From positions 77,624,001 through 77,688,000 of the forward strand of contig NC_043008.1 of NCBI RefSeq assembly GCF_006345805.1: 64,000 bases of DNA. The letters run 5' to 3'. The notes under the pieces were generated by a model. That model was not told where the DNA came from and did no database searches. It saw nothing but the letters and a program-made list of their open reading frames with translations. The DNA comes from Octopus sinensis (lineage: Eukaryota). A program made the translations under genes and the position numbers. Below are positions 12,862-25,855 of the stretch, in pieces (positions within the stretch are counted from its first letter, which is position 1; each line of letters opens with the position of its first letter).

Positions 12862-14775
12862 TAATGAGATTACTATGTCCATCGAAATCGGACATTCGAC
12901 GTATAAGTAAAAACATTATAGGGAGAGTAATGTCCAAAATAAAAACTAGGATTGGAGTTTCATTGTGGTCTTGTACTCAGGAGTTTAGAGGATGGTTTAT
13001 GAGAATAGAGGAAACTAAAAAGTCTAAATTTATACAATTAGATAGCTACTATTCCGTGATTAATCGTATAGCACTAAACAAAGCTCTTATTTTCGCAATG
13101 AAAAACTGTAGTTTATCTAAGACAGACGTAGACATAATTTTAGTAGCTCGTCAAACTGTTACGATAACAAACTATGGACGAGATCAGAGAGGGCTAATTC
13201 CTTTGATATAACCATGGGGTCGAGTGACTCGGCTCAAGTAACAGATTGTTGGAATCTTCCTTTTATCTGAGGTCAAATCAGAATTCCCCCAGGTAACGGG
13301 TAGTCTGTACAGAGACAATGTTCTTTTCCTATTAAAAACTGAACAAAAGTTGAGATAGGATGATATAGAAAAGTACTTCATAAATGTTTTAGATGTTTCG
13401 GCCTTTCTATTACCATAGACTTTAATTACCGTAAGGTAAACTTTCTAGATGCGACTTTTAATTTAGAAAGTAGCCTGTATGAACTATACCATAAGACTAA
13501 TGAGTGCTTAAGATACATAAATGTCAATTCCAATCATCCACTATCCATAACCAAGAGAATAATTAAGAACATAGCCACCAGAATATCAAGATTATCAATC
13601 ACAGAGGAAATATTCAACCAACATGTACCATACTACAATGAAGTGCTACCTAGCGCCGGATATAAAGGAAAAATCAAGTTTGAAAATAACGAAACACCAA
13701 ATAACAATAACACAAATGCAAATAAGGTAGAATACACACATAACACGAATGACATCAACAATAGCAATAAAAAGGGAAAACCCGACGAACAAAGGAAAGA
13801 TAGAAGGAAAAAAAGATATAACCCCAAAGAATAGAAATAATTGGAATACAGACGCACACAATCGCAGCAACACAGAAAATAGGTTCAAGGAACCAAACAA
13901 AAGGTACAAAAATCCGGATGTCCTAGGGTATAATCCAGTTTTTGGAATCCAAATATCATCAAAGACAAGTAAGCAATTCATTGCAGCATTAAATAGATGC
14001 TTTCCTAAAACACATAAATACAACCGTTTATTCAAGGAGCACACAGTGACAATATCGTACACAACATGGAGTACTATATGCATAAATACAACAACAGGAA
14101 ATTAAACATACAAACAACGTCTGCTGGCAGAGAACAAACAAATCAAAACATCATAGGATTTAAGGCCAATAACAAAAATAAACAACAGATAGACTGCAAG
14201 AATTCAGATAACGCAAAAAACGGTGGCAATAAAATTTAAATAAATCATCAAAAGAGACTCAACAAAAAAGATTGCCGATTCCACAATGCTCCAGACACTA
14301 AACATCAAACAGAACATCATGAAAACAGAATCAAAAGGTCACCAGATAAGCATAATAATAATAATAGTACAAACAACTGTACATGCCGTAGAAAATCCTC
14401 TTGTCCACTCATGAACCAATGTGTCCAAAAAACATGGTATACAAATGCACAGTCTCCACATCCCAACATAAATACGTGTACATAGGTGCCACGGAAAACC
14501 AGTTCAAAGTCCGTTATCGCAACCACATCTCGTCATTCCGAAAAATAAACAGACGACACGCAACTTCACTGGTGGACCTCATATGGGGAGTGAAAGAATC
14601 AAAAATTAAATACGAAATGTAATGGTCAATAATTTAAAAAATTCACTATCCGACAAATGTGACATTTGCCTTGGGGAAGCATTGAGTATATTGCTGAGTA
14701 ATGAGAACCTGGTAAACAAGTATGATGAGAAAATTCCAAGGTGTAACCACTGCGCCAAATATACATTTTCAAGAT
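12860..14775 (+). mobile_element. Penelope-like element, Neptune-type, degenerate RT plus GIY-YIG endonuclease
   Basis: RLLCPSKSDIRRISK, FDITMGS, LYRDN, FLDATFNL, NSNHPLSI, CTCRRKSSCPLMNQC, MVYKCTV...VYIGATENQFKVRYRNH, CDICLGE. Confidence 0.9.
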
Positions 14776-17544
14776 GGAACAGTGTATAAAAATTATAATA
14801 ATCATTATGAATATGGGGGATATATGTATATGCGTCTATGTATGGGTGTTAATGTGTTTGTTGACCGGTGTGTGTGTGTATATACGTACGTATATATGTA
14901 TATATGTGCGTGTGTGTGTGAGAGAGAGAGTATATGTATGTATGGGGACGCCAAGAGATATAGTTGTGTGTCTATGTGTGTCAGTTATTATATATGTATG
15001 AGCGTATGTGTGAGTGTATTTGCGAAATAATAAAATTTATCATGAGTAACATAACGTGAAACAAAGTGGACAGCCAATGTATACAATGCCGCTCATGTCG
15101 AGCGTGTAGATGCGTGTGTTGACAGCGAGCAGAATGGAACTTCCAGCGTCTACAAGATTCAAAAGAGCCAGTTGGATGTTTTAGTATCAAAGCCAAATAT
15201 TTACTTACAGGAACATCAATTACATATCACCTGAGGAGATACATCTGGATCCCATTATGCAGGTAAACCGTTGCTTAATTGAAATCCTGTGTATATGTGG
15301 GTCTATGTTGTATCAAATCATGTGTAGTGTTTATTAAATAGCTGTCTAAACGTACTCCTTCCTGTCGACTCTATTCAATTTTAATTTTTCACACACTATG
15401 AATGCCTAAACCTAGACTTCGAAGGTGAACAAGCCTCTATTTTATATACATGTGTAAGCGCGCACGCACGCACGCACGCACGCACACACACACATACACA
15501 CACACACACACACACATTCACACATTCACACATTCACACACACACACACATACATTCATACACACGTATATATACATGTTTAAATGCGAACATTCATAGA
15601 TACATATTTATTTACTGATTATTCTTTTTGTTTATGGCACCATCGATTTTATTCCTGATTCAGTAAGTTAAAGAGAAGATGGAGGAGTTGTGGTGTTCAA
15701 GACGCAATTTTAGTTACATCATGTCATGATTTACAGTCAAAGAATATATTAATACTGTAAATAATCTGTCGTACTGTAAATTCATTATTCACTCTTCCAA
15801 ATACTGATGTAATTTCAAGTTCACTTTAATGATTACTCGAAGGAAAACCAAGTCTTCTCTCCCCCTAACCTGAACCCGTATTAACCATTTCGCCGTCCTT
15901 CTACTTCTCTGGAATTAAATCTGTGTCTATGTCATTCCTGCACCTGTCAACTTTCAATACTTTAAGTGGAACATCAAGTGGAATATCACTGGTCTTGGAG
16001 GAAACATTGTCCCTTTTTACCTGCTCAAACCATGAAAATGACCCCTTCCTGCAGACTTGGAAAGACCATGGATACACCTCTTCTTACACACCAAGCAAAA
16101 TACACTCATCATCCTGTCACTGTAACTATATTTCGTTGGATAAGATAAATGAATCAACTCTTTATCATTTAACAGTCGATTCAGGTTCTATAGTATCTGT
16201 TTGTATACAACTATAGTTGAGTATGACGGTTAGTGATATTTCGATTCCTCTTTGGAAATGTTTCACTTTTTATAGATTCATGATGCTGTTGAGAACGGGA
16301 TGACTCGAAAAGTCAGTATCTATGTGAAGGATAGTGACTAAATTTTACAGACGGCAATACCTTTGTCATGAAGTAAATTCTAGGTAATAAGGACCACCAT
16401 CCTCGTTGTACTTGTATTCATAATTCTTTGTCAAAGGAACCAAAATTACTACATAGCATTTCTCTCAAACATCGTCTAACTATTTTGAAGAATATAACAT
16501 TCTCTCTCACAAGCAGTAGTACAGTAACAAGGATTTGAACTCAATATTTAATAGTTTCAAACACAAAAAGAGCAGCAAAATAGTATCATGTACAATAACT
16601 ATATCATAGTTACATGCGCGTGCGCATGTGTGTGCGGTGTTCCGAATATATAGAGGCACATAATTTTAGGTATTTCAACTATTGAATGCCTAAAACAGTT
16701 TAACGCATTCACAGACAGTTCACATTAGCACAAATTCTATTTTTTCCTTTATTCGAGGCTGCTGCACCAAAAACATTTTCAAATACCATCATTTTAAAAG
16801 CAAAATATTTTTGTTCATATTCGGAAACTGTTTTCCTTCGGCAGAATTGCTAGGATAAACATGTGGGAAATGATAACGATCGCCTTTCAACACATTCCTG
16901 GCAAAACCTTGACGCCTACATTTACTATTCTCCAAGAAATTCTTCAGAAATGAAAACAAAGAAATTTCCTCATTCCTTTGATGTTTTCGCTATAGTGTTT
17001 TTCTTGTTGATAGAGCTGAAGAAAGGACACGTCTCTTAATTGCAGCCGAGCCTGATGTCTTGAAATAACACCGGATTCTATAATTTTACTCTTAAACTAT
17101 TTTGTAGATTTTGGCTGAAATGAATCTCAATATCAAGTAATGACAATCCGTGGGCTATAGAATACAAATACAAGATAGGACGACATTAACTGCACTCTTT
17201 GAAATTATCAAGTAGGTTTATTCACAAGTAAAGATTGCATTCTTCGACGCTTTATGCACACACACACACACACACACACACGCGCGCGCGCACACACACA
17301 CATTTATATACATGGTAAATGAAAGATAGAAGATGGAATAAACGAGAATTTTTATTTAACATATACATAACGAACACTGTGAAAGTGGCCGTGCTTTACC
17401 AGTATGCAACTAAGTGTAAACCATTCATTTTATTATCTGACATATATATATATATCAGAATCACAGAGGAAGGCTCCATATTTATTAATTCCTAAAGAAA
17501 AGCCGCTAGTAAAAAACTTTTCGTCCCCTACCAGTAACCCTTAC

Positions 17545-18110
17545 CCACTAGAGCCAAAGCCGCATACGTGAGAAACGAGATTGCACGTATAAACAACAAC
17601 TGCAACGACGTGACCGACAAAGCCATTAACACCAAGCAGTTCCTCAGAGACCTAACCCTGAATGGCTACCCACCATATTTAGCTAAACAACGGCGCCTAA
17701 AGAGTATCAAGATAAATAAACCCCGGAAGAACCATCATACTCCCAAATCCGAAACGTGCTTCCTAAAGCTACCACACTTTAAAGACAGAACTACTGCAGC
17801 GATACAACACGCAGTCCGCAGGAAAGACTCGACATACCCCGAGGAGTGCACATTTTTGAACTTCCTCATCAATGACCCTGAATTGTGCCAGCGGACCTAT
17901 GTTATATAAGAGATCATTTGTGGAAAATGTGGCGCCTCCTACATAGGAAGCACAACAAGAAAACTGCATATACGCATTAAGGAAGACATGCAGGCAGCCA
18001 CTTCCGTGAAGGAACATCTACAGAAATGCCAGACCCGGGAAATAGCGGAACAGGGGCAACCTTAGAATCTGAGGCCATATTCATGCACCAAAAAAAACCT
18101 AAGATCAATA
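17545..18110 (+). mobile_element. Penelope-like element 3' fragment (GIY-YIG), Poseidon-type
   Basis: VRNEIARINNNC...LTLNGYP...LKLPHF...CGKCGASYIGSTTRKLHIRIKE; homologous to 27270-28465. Confidence 0.85.
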
Positions 18111-18316
18111 ACAGAAGAGAGTTACAGGAAGCTAACTGGTTACTATAGAAACACATTTTCGCGCATGTTCACTCCACACATGGTCACACACACGCACATC
18201 GGCAGCATTCGTTAATTTCTTGAAAATGGGGTCACAACCCTGAAATATTGGATTACATTAATTCACATATCTATTTTCCTGTGATTTGCCTTAAGTTTAC
18301 TTCGCATTGTTCTGGC

Positions 18317-18379
<63 letters not shown>

Positions 18380-18383
<4 letters not shown>

Positions 18384-18825
18384 AACCCTTGCTAGGGATC
18401 GAGCTGGATGGCAAAAAAAAGTGTGGAGTGGAGTGAAAGCGTTTGAAGAGGTCAGGATAACGCATGCAAGACTCAAGAGAGATTTAAGGAAGAATGTTAC
18501 GATCGAGAAGGTGAATCACAATGACCTTTTTGTGGGCACAGTTTCTGACAAACCATGTCTTTTGCAGGGTTCAAATCTCATTTGTGAACCCATGGCATAC
18601 GAACCTCCACCAACTATTCTGCCTATATGTCTGTGCACACCTTTCAACGCATTGTATGCTAGAAGAATTGCAAATCAAAAGACATTTTAAGATCCACAAA
18701 AACCAGAACTTATCTGCAGCTCTTGGTTGTCTAAATCGGATAAGCAATCTATATGGGTGTCTTTTCAAAACATCGTCTGGTTTAGAAAGCCACAACAGAT
18801 GCCATGATGGTTCTAAGGCGTAGGT
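18380..18825 (+). mobile_element. RTE-clade LINE 3' fragment with C2H2-like fingers
   Basis: LARDRAGWQKKVWSGVKAFEEVRITHARLKRDLRK and GCLFKTSSGLESHNRCH match the usual RTE C-terminal pattern. Confidence 0.7.
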
Positions 18826-18930
18826 AAAGAAGTGGTCAAACTCTGCATAAGGAGTGGACAACCACCTTATATATATACTGTATATACATACATATATATA
18901 TATACTATATATATATATATATATATAATA

Positions 18931-18980
<50 letters not shown>

Positions 18981-19500
18981 TAAAAATGGTAAATCATTTT
19001 TCAGTGGTTTTTCATACAACCAACAATTATTTACCGGTAAAATTCGGTATGTAAATATGACAATTTCAGCGTCAGGAACTTCTGTAAAGTTCAGTATATA
19101 GTAAAAATAATTAAAAGGGCGGGCAACAGGCTGCTTCGCCTCATACCGAAGGAATTAGAAATGGCAGTCAAAGACTGTTTTTTCCATTTTCTACAAGTGG
19201 AGATTCCATATACGACAAACCCTGCGATTCACATACGCAAAATCGGAGTAGCAAATAAACGAAAACAATCTCTTACCGTTAATACACACACACACTTCAA
19301 ACATGGCGAATTATAGAATTTAATATTTTGTTTTGATCCAGTCCAGAAAAGGTGTATATACAAACAAAACAGATATACACACATAATCACACACATATTT
19401 CGATATATACACATGCACATGTGTATAAGCTCGTTTCCGTTTATGTAATAAATATTGATCGCTATCTATCAATCTATCTATCTATCTATCTATCTATCTA

Positions 19501-20005
19501 GAAGAAAAAGAAGGAGAAGAAGAAAAAGGAGGAGGAGGAGAAGAAGAAGAACATAAAGAAGGAGAAGAAGAAGAAGAAGAAGAAGAAGAAGAAGAAGAAG
19601 AAGAAGAAGAAGAAGAAGAAAAGAAGAAGAAGAAGAAGAAGAAGAAGAAGAAGAAGAAGAAGAAGAAGAAAAAGAAGAAGACGACTGCGGGAGTGGTATG
19701 ACAGTAGCAGGATGCTGGTGAAATCCTCTTAAATAGTGAAGTGAACTAAAAGTGACCCGTTGTGGTTGTAATAGTAGTGATTGGAATTGTTCTGAATAAA
19801 TTTATCTGAAGTGACTGTTTTGAATATATCGTTTTCAATATTTGCGTGGGTGTTATTCTGAGGCCCTAGTGATAGTGTTATTTGTGGTGGATGCATTCTT
19901 CTTCTTCTCCTCCTCCTCCTCCTTCTTCTTCTCCTTCTTCTTCTTCTTCTCCTCCTCCTTCTTCTTCTCCTCCTCCACCTCCTCCTTCTTCTTCTTCACC
20001 ACCCC
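19501..20005. repeat. (GAA/GGA)n tract and inverted (TTC/TCC)n tract separated by ~215 bp
   Basis: Directly visible: 19501-19680 and ~19897-20005. Confidence 0.9.
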
Positions 20006-20374
20006 TTTTCTCTATTCCTGCTGCTGCTTAAACAATCAAAGACAAGAATTCATATCAAACTAGCTACTGCTAACTAACTAGAACCCACAGGAGAAAAAAA
20101 GAGAGACAGACACAGAAAGTAAAAAGGAAAATGTCCCTTGCATTTGAAAAGTATGGAAATGTTTTTTAAAAACATTCTATTTAATTTTTTCACAATTTAA
20201 TGGTTTTTCATGCTTTACTCTAAGTTGAAAAGTCACAAAGACTGAAACCGGTACTAAAATGGTCTTCATGATAAAATTGTTTTAGTATTTTCTACCTTGT
20301 TTTATTTTCCTTATACATATATCAACTAGTGTGTTCCTTTTCAACCTTCTACATATATGTGTGTGTGTGTGTAT

Positions 20375-20408
<34 letters not shown>

Positions 20409-20412
<4 letters not shown>

Positions 20413-20774
20413 GGAGCAACATGCAACAATTAGAAGTTGATCATTAATACTGAATGATCATAGTTTAAATTATGGTTAAGATAACATTTACAGCTGTTTC
20501 AGTATGTTATTTTTGAGGTACACTTGCGTTTATCTTGTTCCATATAACAAACATCTTCAGAATGATTTGAACTTTACCAGAGGAATATTGACAGGAATTT
20601 CCTATAGCAAAGTTTAAATCATTCTGATGATGTTTGTTACGTGTAACGAGATAAATGCAAGTTTACCTCAAAAATAACAAACTGCAGCAGCTGTGAATGT
20701 TATCTTAACCGTAATAAAACTATAATCATTCAATACTAATGATCACCTTCTAATTGTTACACGTTGCTTCATTT
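20409..20774. mobile_element. 366-bp imperfect palindrome, foldback/MITE-like
   Basis: Left arm AATGGAGCAACATGCAACAATTAGAAGTTGATCATT matches the reverse complement of the right end; complementarity continues for ~170 bp to a short centre. Confidence 0.75.
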
Positions 20775-20920
20775 CTTCTCTTACCTTATCTGAATATATT
20801 AAACCACGGTTTACCCTTTAAATTACCAACTACTGGTAACCTTACAGCAAGGCCTATACATAGTTAGGTAATACACCAGTGGTGCCTACGGATACATTTA
20901 TCCCTTAGACCTCTGACTCA

Positions 20921-20964
<44 letters not shown>

Positions 20965-21039
20965 GTATGTGTGTGTGTGTGTGTGTGTGTGAGTGTGTTT
21001 CTATGTGCCTGTATGCATCCACCTGGGTGTATGACTTTT

Positions 21040-21365
21040 ATATTCATTAGACCTCAACCTAGAATGTGGGAGATGGTTTCTAACAAAGAAACAATAGCTC
21101 CACCAACAGAGTTTGGATAATCATATCGCTGAAAGTCTTGCATATTTTTACTGTTCTACTTATAGATTGTATCTGTAATGTTCGTATGAGCTGGTCTCTT
21201 TCTTTCTTTGAAAATTTTCTTTTTCTAGATTGTAGCTTAGATATTTGCTTATATAACCAAGTGCACCAATGATTATTGGTATGAATGTAAATCTATAATC
21301 AGGATAGAGGAGTAGCAGCCTCCTTCTTGCTATTTTTAAAAGAGTTGTTCCTATCTGCAGCACAC
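21040..21365 (-). mobile_element. REL retrotransposon family F, 3' fragment
   Basis: ADRNNS...LLLYPDYRFTFIPIIIGALGYISK...LQIQSISRTVKICKTF; bordered by (CATA)n and (CA)n on the sense strand. Confidence 0.75.
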
Positions 21366-22191
21366 ACGTGCGCGTAATTATGTAGATATGTCTGTATGTA
21401 TGTATGTATGTATGTATGCCTGTATGTTTATATGTATGTGTGTGGGTGTGTGTATGTATGTTCGTTGCTTCTTTGATGTCCGATTGAAGCTTCTGTATTC
21501 ATCACGAGCCTAAGTGTATTAAATTTAGATAGCGTGCTATTAAGATAGACCAACGTACTCTCGGCATTTAACTTTTTTACTCTTTACGTATATCGATGGT
21601 GGGGTATATGGCTTGCCTGATGTTTGCTGTGACTCATTTTTCTAAAGGCTCATTCCACATCTAATCTCATCACACGCGGCTGAAAAGTAGTCTATCAAGA
21701 ACTGCAGCGTACTCAGTGTTCGCTATAACGTCTATAGAAAATCTATAAGGGATAATTTCAACAAGAGTTGCAGGTGTTCCTCAATGAATGAATTCATTAA
21801 TGAATGTGTATATGTATGCAAGTATGTATGTATGTATGTATGTATGTATGTATGTATGTATGTATGTATGTATGTATGTATGTATGCATATATGTATGTA
21901 TGCATGCACGCATGTATGCCTACATGAAGTCACTGTTAGCGCTATTGGTAACATGTAATCCGATACAACTTGTCACACGGTCGGGCTGTCGGTGACTAAA
22001 CACGCAATCCAAACAAACAGAGGTAAGTAAGGTGGTTGACGAAAAACAAAACCTGTGGAATGGCAGCTAAAGTCATTAGAGTCAACGGTCATTCAACAGA
22101 TGGGAGTGAAATACTCTTAGTCTTTGTTTAGATGTCTCTCTAGATGACTAGTAAACTAATTCTTCTATTTGATCAAATGCATATGTTGCTT

Positions 22192-22224
<33 letters not shown>

Positions 22225-23285
22225 AGAGCGATTTTCCTGACCAGAAACTTTTCTTACTTTAAAAAAAAGTTACAGGCACAGGCAATACTTGGTGTTCAAC
22301 ATCTCTATTATGTGTTGCATACTATTGCTGAACGTATCCGAAAAAGGTAAACCCAGTAAAACTTTTCCTCATCGAATGAAGGCATATATGAGCGCGGGGT
22401 GCGGTGGACATAACTCTATGAATACCTGCTGCAAGAGGCACCCATCATTGCCACATTTGTGCAAAAGATGTAGGTCCCTAACATGACTTCAAAGCCACAC
22501 CCGTGCCGCTTCAAAAGAATAATCAAGCGACAAAATTGCTCGAAATCGAGTTTTAACCATCATGTATGTATGTATGTATGCATGTATATATGTATTATGT
22601 ATGTATGTTTGTATGTATGTATGTATATACGTATTTTCTTTTTTTAATTTAGAATAAATTTTGACCGACTACCTGCTTGACAGCAAAGAGAGAATGAATG
22701 CATTTTCCCATCACCCTTTAAATCCTAAGAATATGTTGCAAATTTATACAGTCCCAAATATCATGATCATTCGTAGCGTATGAATTAAGGATTTATCCCC
22801 AAGAATCCAAGATGAGCCATACCGGCACCCCTACTAGGCTTATCTGGGGCAGATGGTAGCTAGAAATCCATCAGGACAAAGAGACGGACAGACCTACTGT
22901 AGATTTATCGACTATCGAACAATAGCATTGGCACTGGACATCTTGCCTCTGGATCATGTCAGTTGCTATGCAGATCATGTTGAACTTAAAATTTTAGGTT
23001 GTGCAATCGCCGGCAAGTTGACTATCCGATGGCTGATCGAGCAGGAAGGCACCGCAAGGAGCAGAGAAGCTGCGGGTGCGAATTAGAGTGAAACCGATTA
23101 CTGGTGCAATAACTTCATTCACGGGTATTGCTGGCATTTTACTCGGGGAATAATCAGTGATGGTCTTCCTCGGTCATGAATAGCTGTCATCAATGTATGT
23201 ATGTATGTATGTATGTATGTATGTATGTATGTATGTATGTATGTATGTATGTATGTATGTATATATGTATGTGTGTGTATGTATG

Positions 23286-23646
23286 TCTCTTCTATTTTTT
23301 TATTTTATAAATCTTCCACTGTGCAGGGAGCCGGTTTCCAACAAAGATACAAGGCTCCATCTTTGGGATGTAGTTAACACAGGCAAATTCACATTTGGAA
23401 CTTGAGAAAAGTCTTGTATATTTTTACTGTTCCTCTCACAGATTGCACTTTTAACGTACGAATTAGCTGGTCGATTTCTCTTTCTGAAAATCCCAGTTTA
23501 TCCAGATTGTCCTTTAAGCATTTGCTAACAAAAACTATTAGTATGAATTTGGATTCATAATCTGGATATAGAAGCTGAAAGTTTGGAAGCAGTTGTCCAT
23601 AGGTATCCACTTTTTCTATGATTTTCAATGAGATATTATATCTGTG
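23286..23646 (-). mobile_element. REL retrotransposon family F, 3' fragment
   Basis: NISLKIIEKVDTYGQLLPNFQLLYPDY...TLKVQSVRGTVKIYKTFLKFQM*; 3' UTR stem GGAGCC/GGCTCC; (CATA)n on both sides. Confidence 0.8.
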
Positions 23647-24844
23647 GTATGTATGTATGTATGTATGTATGTATGTATGTATGTATGTATGTATGTATGT
23701 ATGCATGAAGCTCCAGGTTGCTGATCAGGAATGAGGTATGAGCATTGATTTTGAAGGATTAAGACAGCAAGATTGCTGGGACATGACCCCAGGAGTATGG
23801 TTAAGATGGAAGTGAAGTTTCACAGATCGAACTTCGAACAGCGGTTGATATCCTACCGAGCTCAACTTGTCCTGCTAGGCAAAGGTAGAACCACAAGCCT
23901 TCTCCAGGTGACCGAGGAGAGTGATAGTGGAGTAAATTCTCATTAAGCGCCCAAAAGCCTATGCATACATGTCTGTCCGTCTGTCTGCCTGTCTGCCTGT
24001 TTGTCTGTCTGTCCCCCTGTGTGTATGTATGCATGAATGCATATAGGTCAGTCAGTCTCAGTTTTTGTCAGTATTGCGCACACATATTTTCTCTGGTTCT
24101 CTCCTGATCTTTCTCTCCTTAGACTTTCTCGTTTTGTCTTTTGCCCTCCATTTCAAATTTTCTCCCATACAAGCATATTTTAGTTCACTGAAATTACATT
24201 CATTCTGAGGCTATGGACACAGCAGCCCAATAAAAAGCCGCTCCCTTTATACATGAGATTGTATCTCTTACTAACACTTACATCAGCCCCTGCAGAAATA
24301 TAATAAGGTTGTTATTAGGATACCTTATAATAATGTAATAATGAAACGGTAGTAGATAACTACAAGAGTAAGCCATAAGAGTGTCACTGCAATTGTGGCT
24401 GTCAATTTAGTCTAACTGACATTAGTATTCGAGTGAATGAACCCTAGTGGCATATGCTGTCAAAATGGTTGTCATCGAAAGTGTTGCTTACAAGACCCGA
24501 ATAGTTATCTCTCTGTTTATCGTCTGCGTCTTTCAATATTCAGAAGCAACAAATAAAAGCAGTATTTTAACGAATTTAGCTGAATCGACATTCTTTTCCT
24601 TAAATCAACATTAAAATCTTATATCAACATTCCAGTCACTATGCAAAAATAATTTCGAAAGAAAAGCAAGAGATAAAAATGTACAAGGAAAAGAAGAAAT
24701 AGTAAGAACGTAGACAAGAGTTGATAAAGAAACAAAGATATGACGGAAAGGAGAAGAGGAAGAGAAAACTTGAATGTAACAGTGTTACAATGAAAATATC
24801 ATTTAGAACGTTTACTATCATTTCGTTTTTAACAATTATTATTT

Positions 24845-24898
<54 letters not shown>

Positions 24899-25366
24899 AT
24901 ATAATGTGTATATTAATACATGCTAACGTTTGTAACAATATGATTACATTATGTTTATTATAACATGGTAAAGTTATGTGCACGATGAACAGCAAGAATC
25001 AGAACGATGACCTACATATTCATTCTTAATACATTCCGGCATATTTAAATGCAAATATGTTAATCACTGTAGTATTTCTTCATTTGAGAATAGCTTCACC
25101 TTTCATACGAATTCATCAAATTATTTGCTGATTCGTGCTGAATTTATAAACAAATCACAAACTCCTGTTAGATTCATTAGTTCAGAGTAACTTTGGCTGA
25201 GGGGACACAATAATGTTGAAGTACCGAATGTCCCAAAGTCCCTTATGATAATGAATTGAGTGTGCTATGAACACACATTCATCTAAAAGAACACACATTG
25301 ATCTCAACTCACGAATTACAACAGTCATTAACATATTCTCGTGCGATTCCCCGGAACATATCAAAA

Positions 25367-25427
25367 ATGATTATGTATGTAACCGTTCTGATTCTCGCTG
25401 TTCACCGTGCACATTGCAAATTGACTG
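25367..25427 (+). CDS. Possible first coding exon, signal-peptide-like MIMYVTVLILAVHRAHCKLT
   Basis: ATG preceded by AAAA, hydrophobic core and A-H-C cleavage-like site, 360 bp upstream of the WxxW-like exon; no canonical GT donor at the expected position. Confidence 0.25.
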
Positions 25428-25788
25428 GCAGATATCAGCATGCATCAACAAATAATTTGTTAAAAATCAATAACATTAGGATAACTTTTGTATTGCGTGA
25501 TATTTCCTGTGTGATAATCAACGTTGCCATTACCTATATTTGACTTAGTGATAAAAGTTGATACAAGTTGAATTCTTGAAATAAAAGAGCATGGGATTGA
25601 GAAATTTTGATTTTAATTTCCTCATTAAAATAGAGATTAATGTTATGAATCTGATAACATTGCAGTATTCAAAATATTGACGACCACGACCCACACCCGT
25701 ACATTTTATCTAAACAAGATATTTTCTGTTTTGATAAATTGACGTGTTAAATATACGGTAAATCCTTGAAAGGTGTTATTTTACACAG

Positions 25789-25855
25789 TTGCTGGACAGA
25801 CTGGTTTCCACGAGACAGGGATGATATAAAAGGTGCGACAGAAACATTTGTAAAG
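25789..25855 (+). CDS. Candidate internal exon encoding the N-terminal part of a Mucin2_WxxW-like domain (CWTDWFPRDRDDIKGATETFVK)
   Basis: Acceptor TTTTACACAG, donor AAG/GTTAGT; the peptide has the W-T-x-W-F-x-R-D-x5-G-x-x-E-T spacing of the WxxW repeat. Confidence 0.55.
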
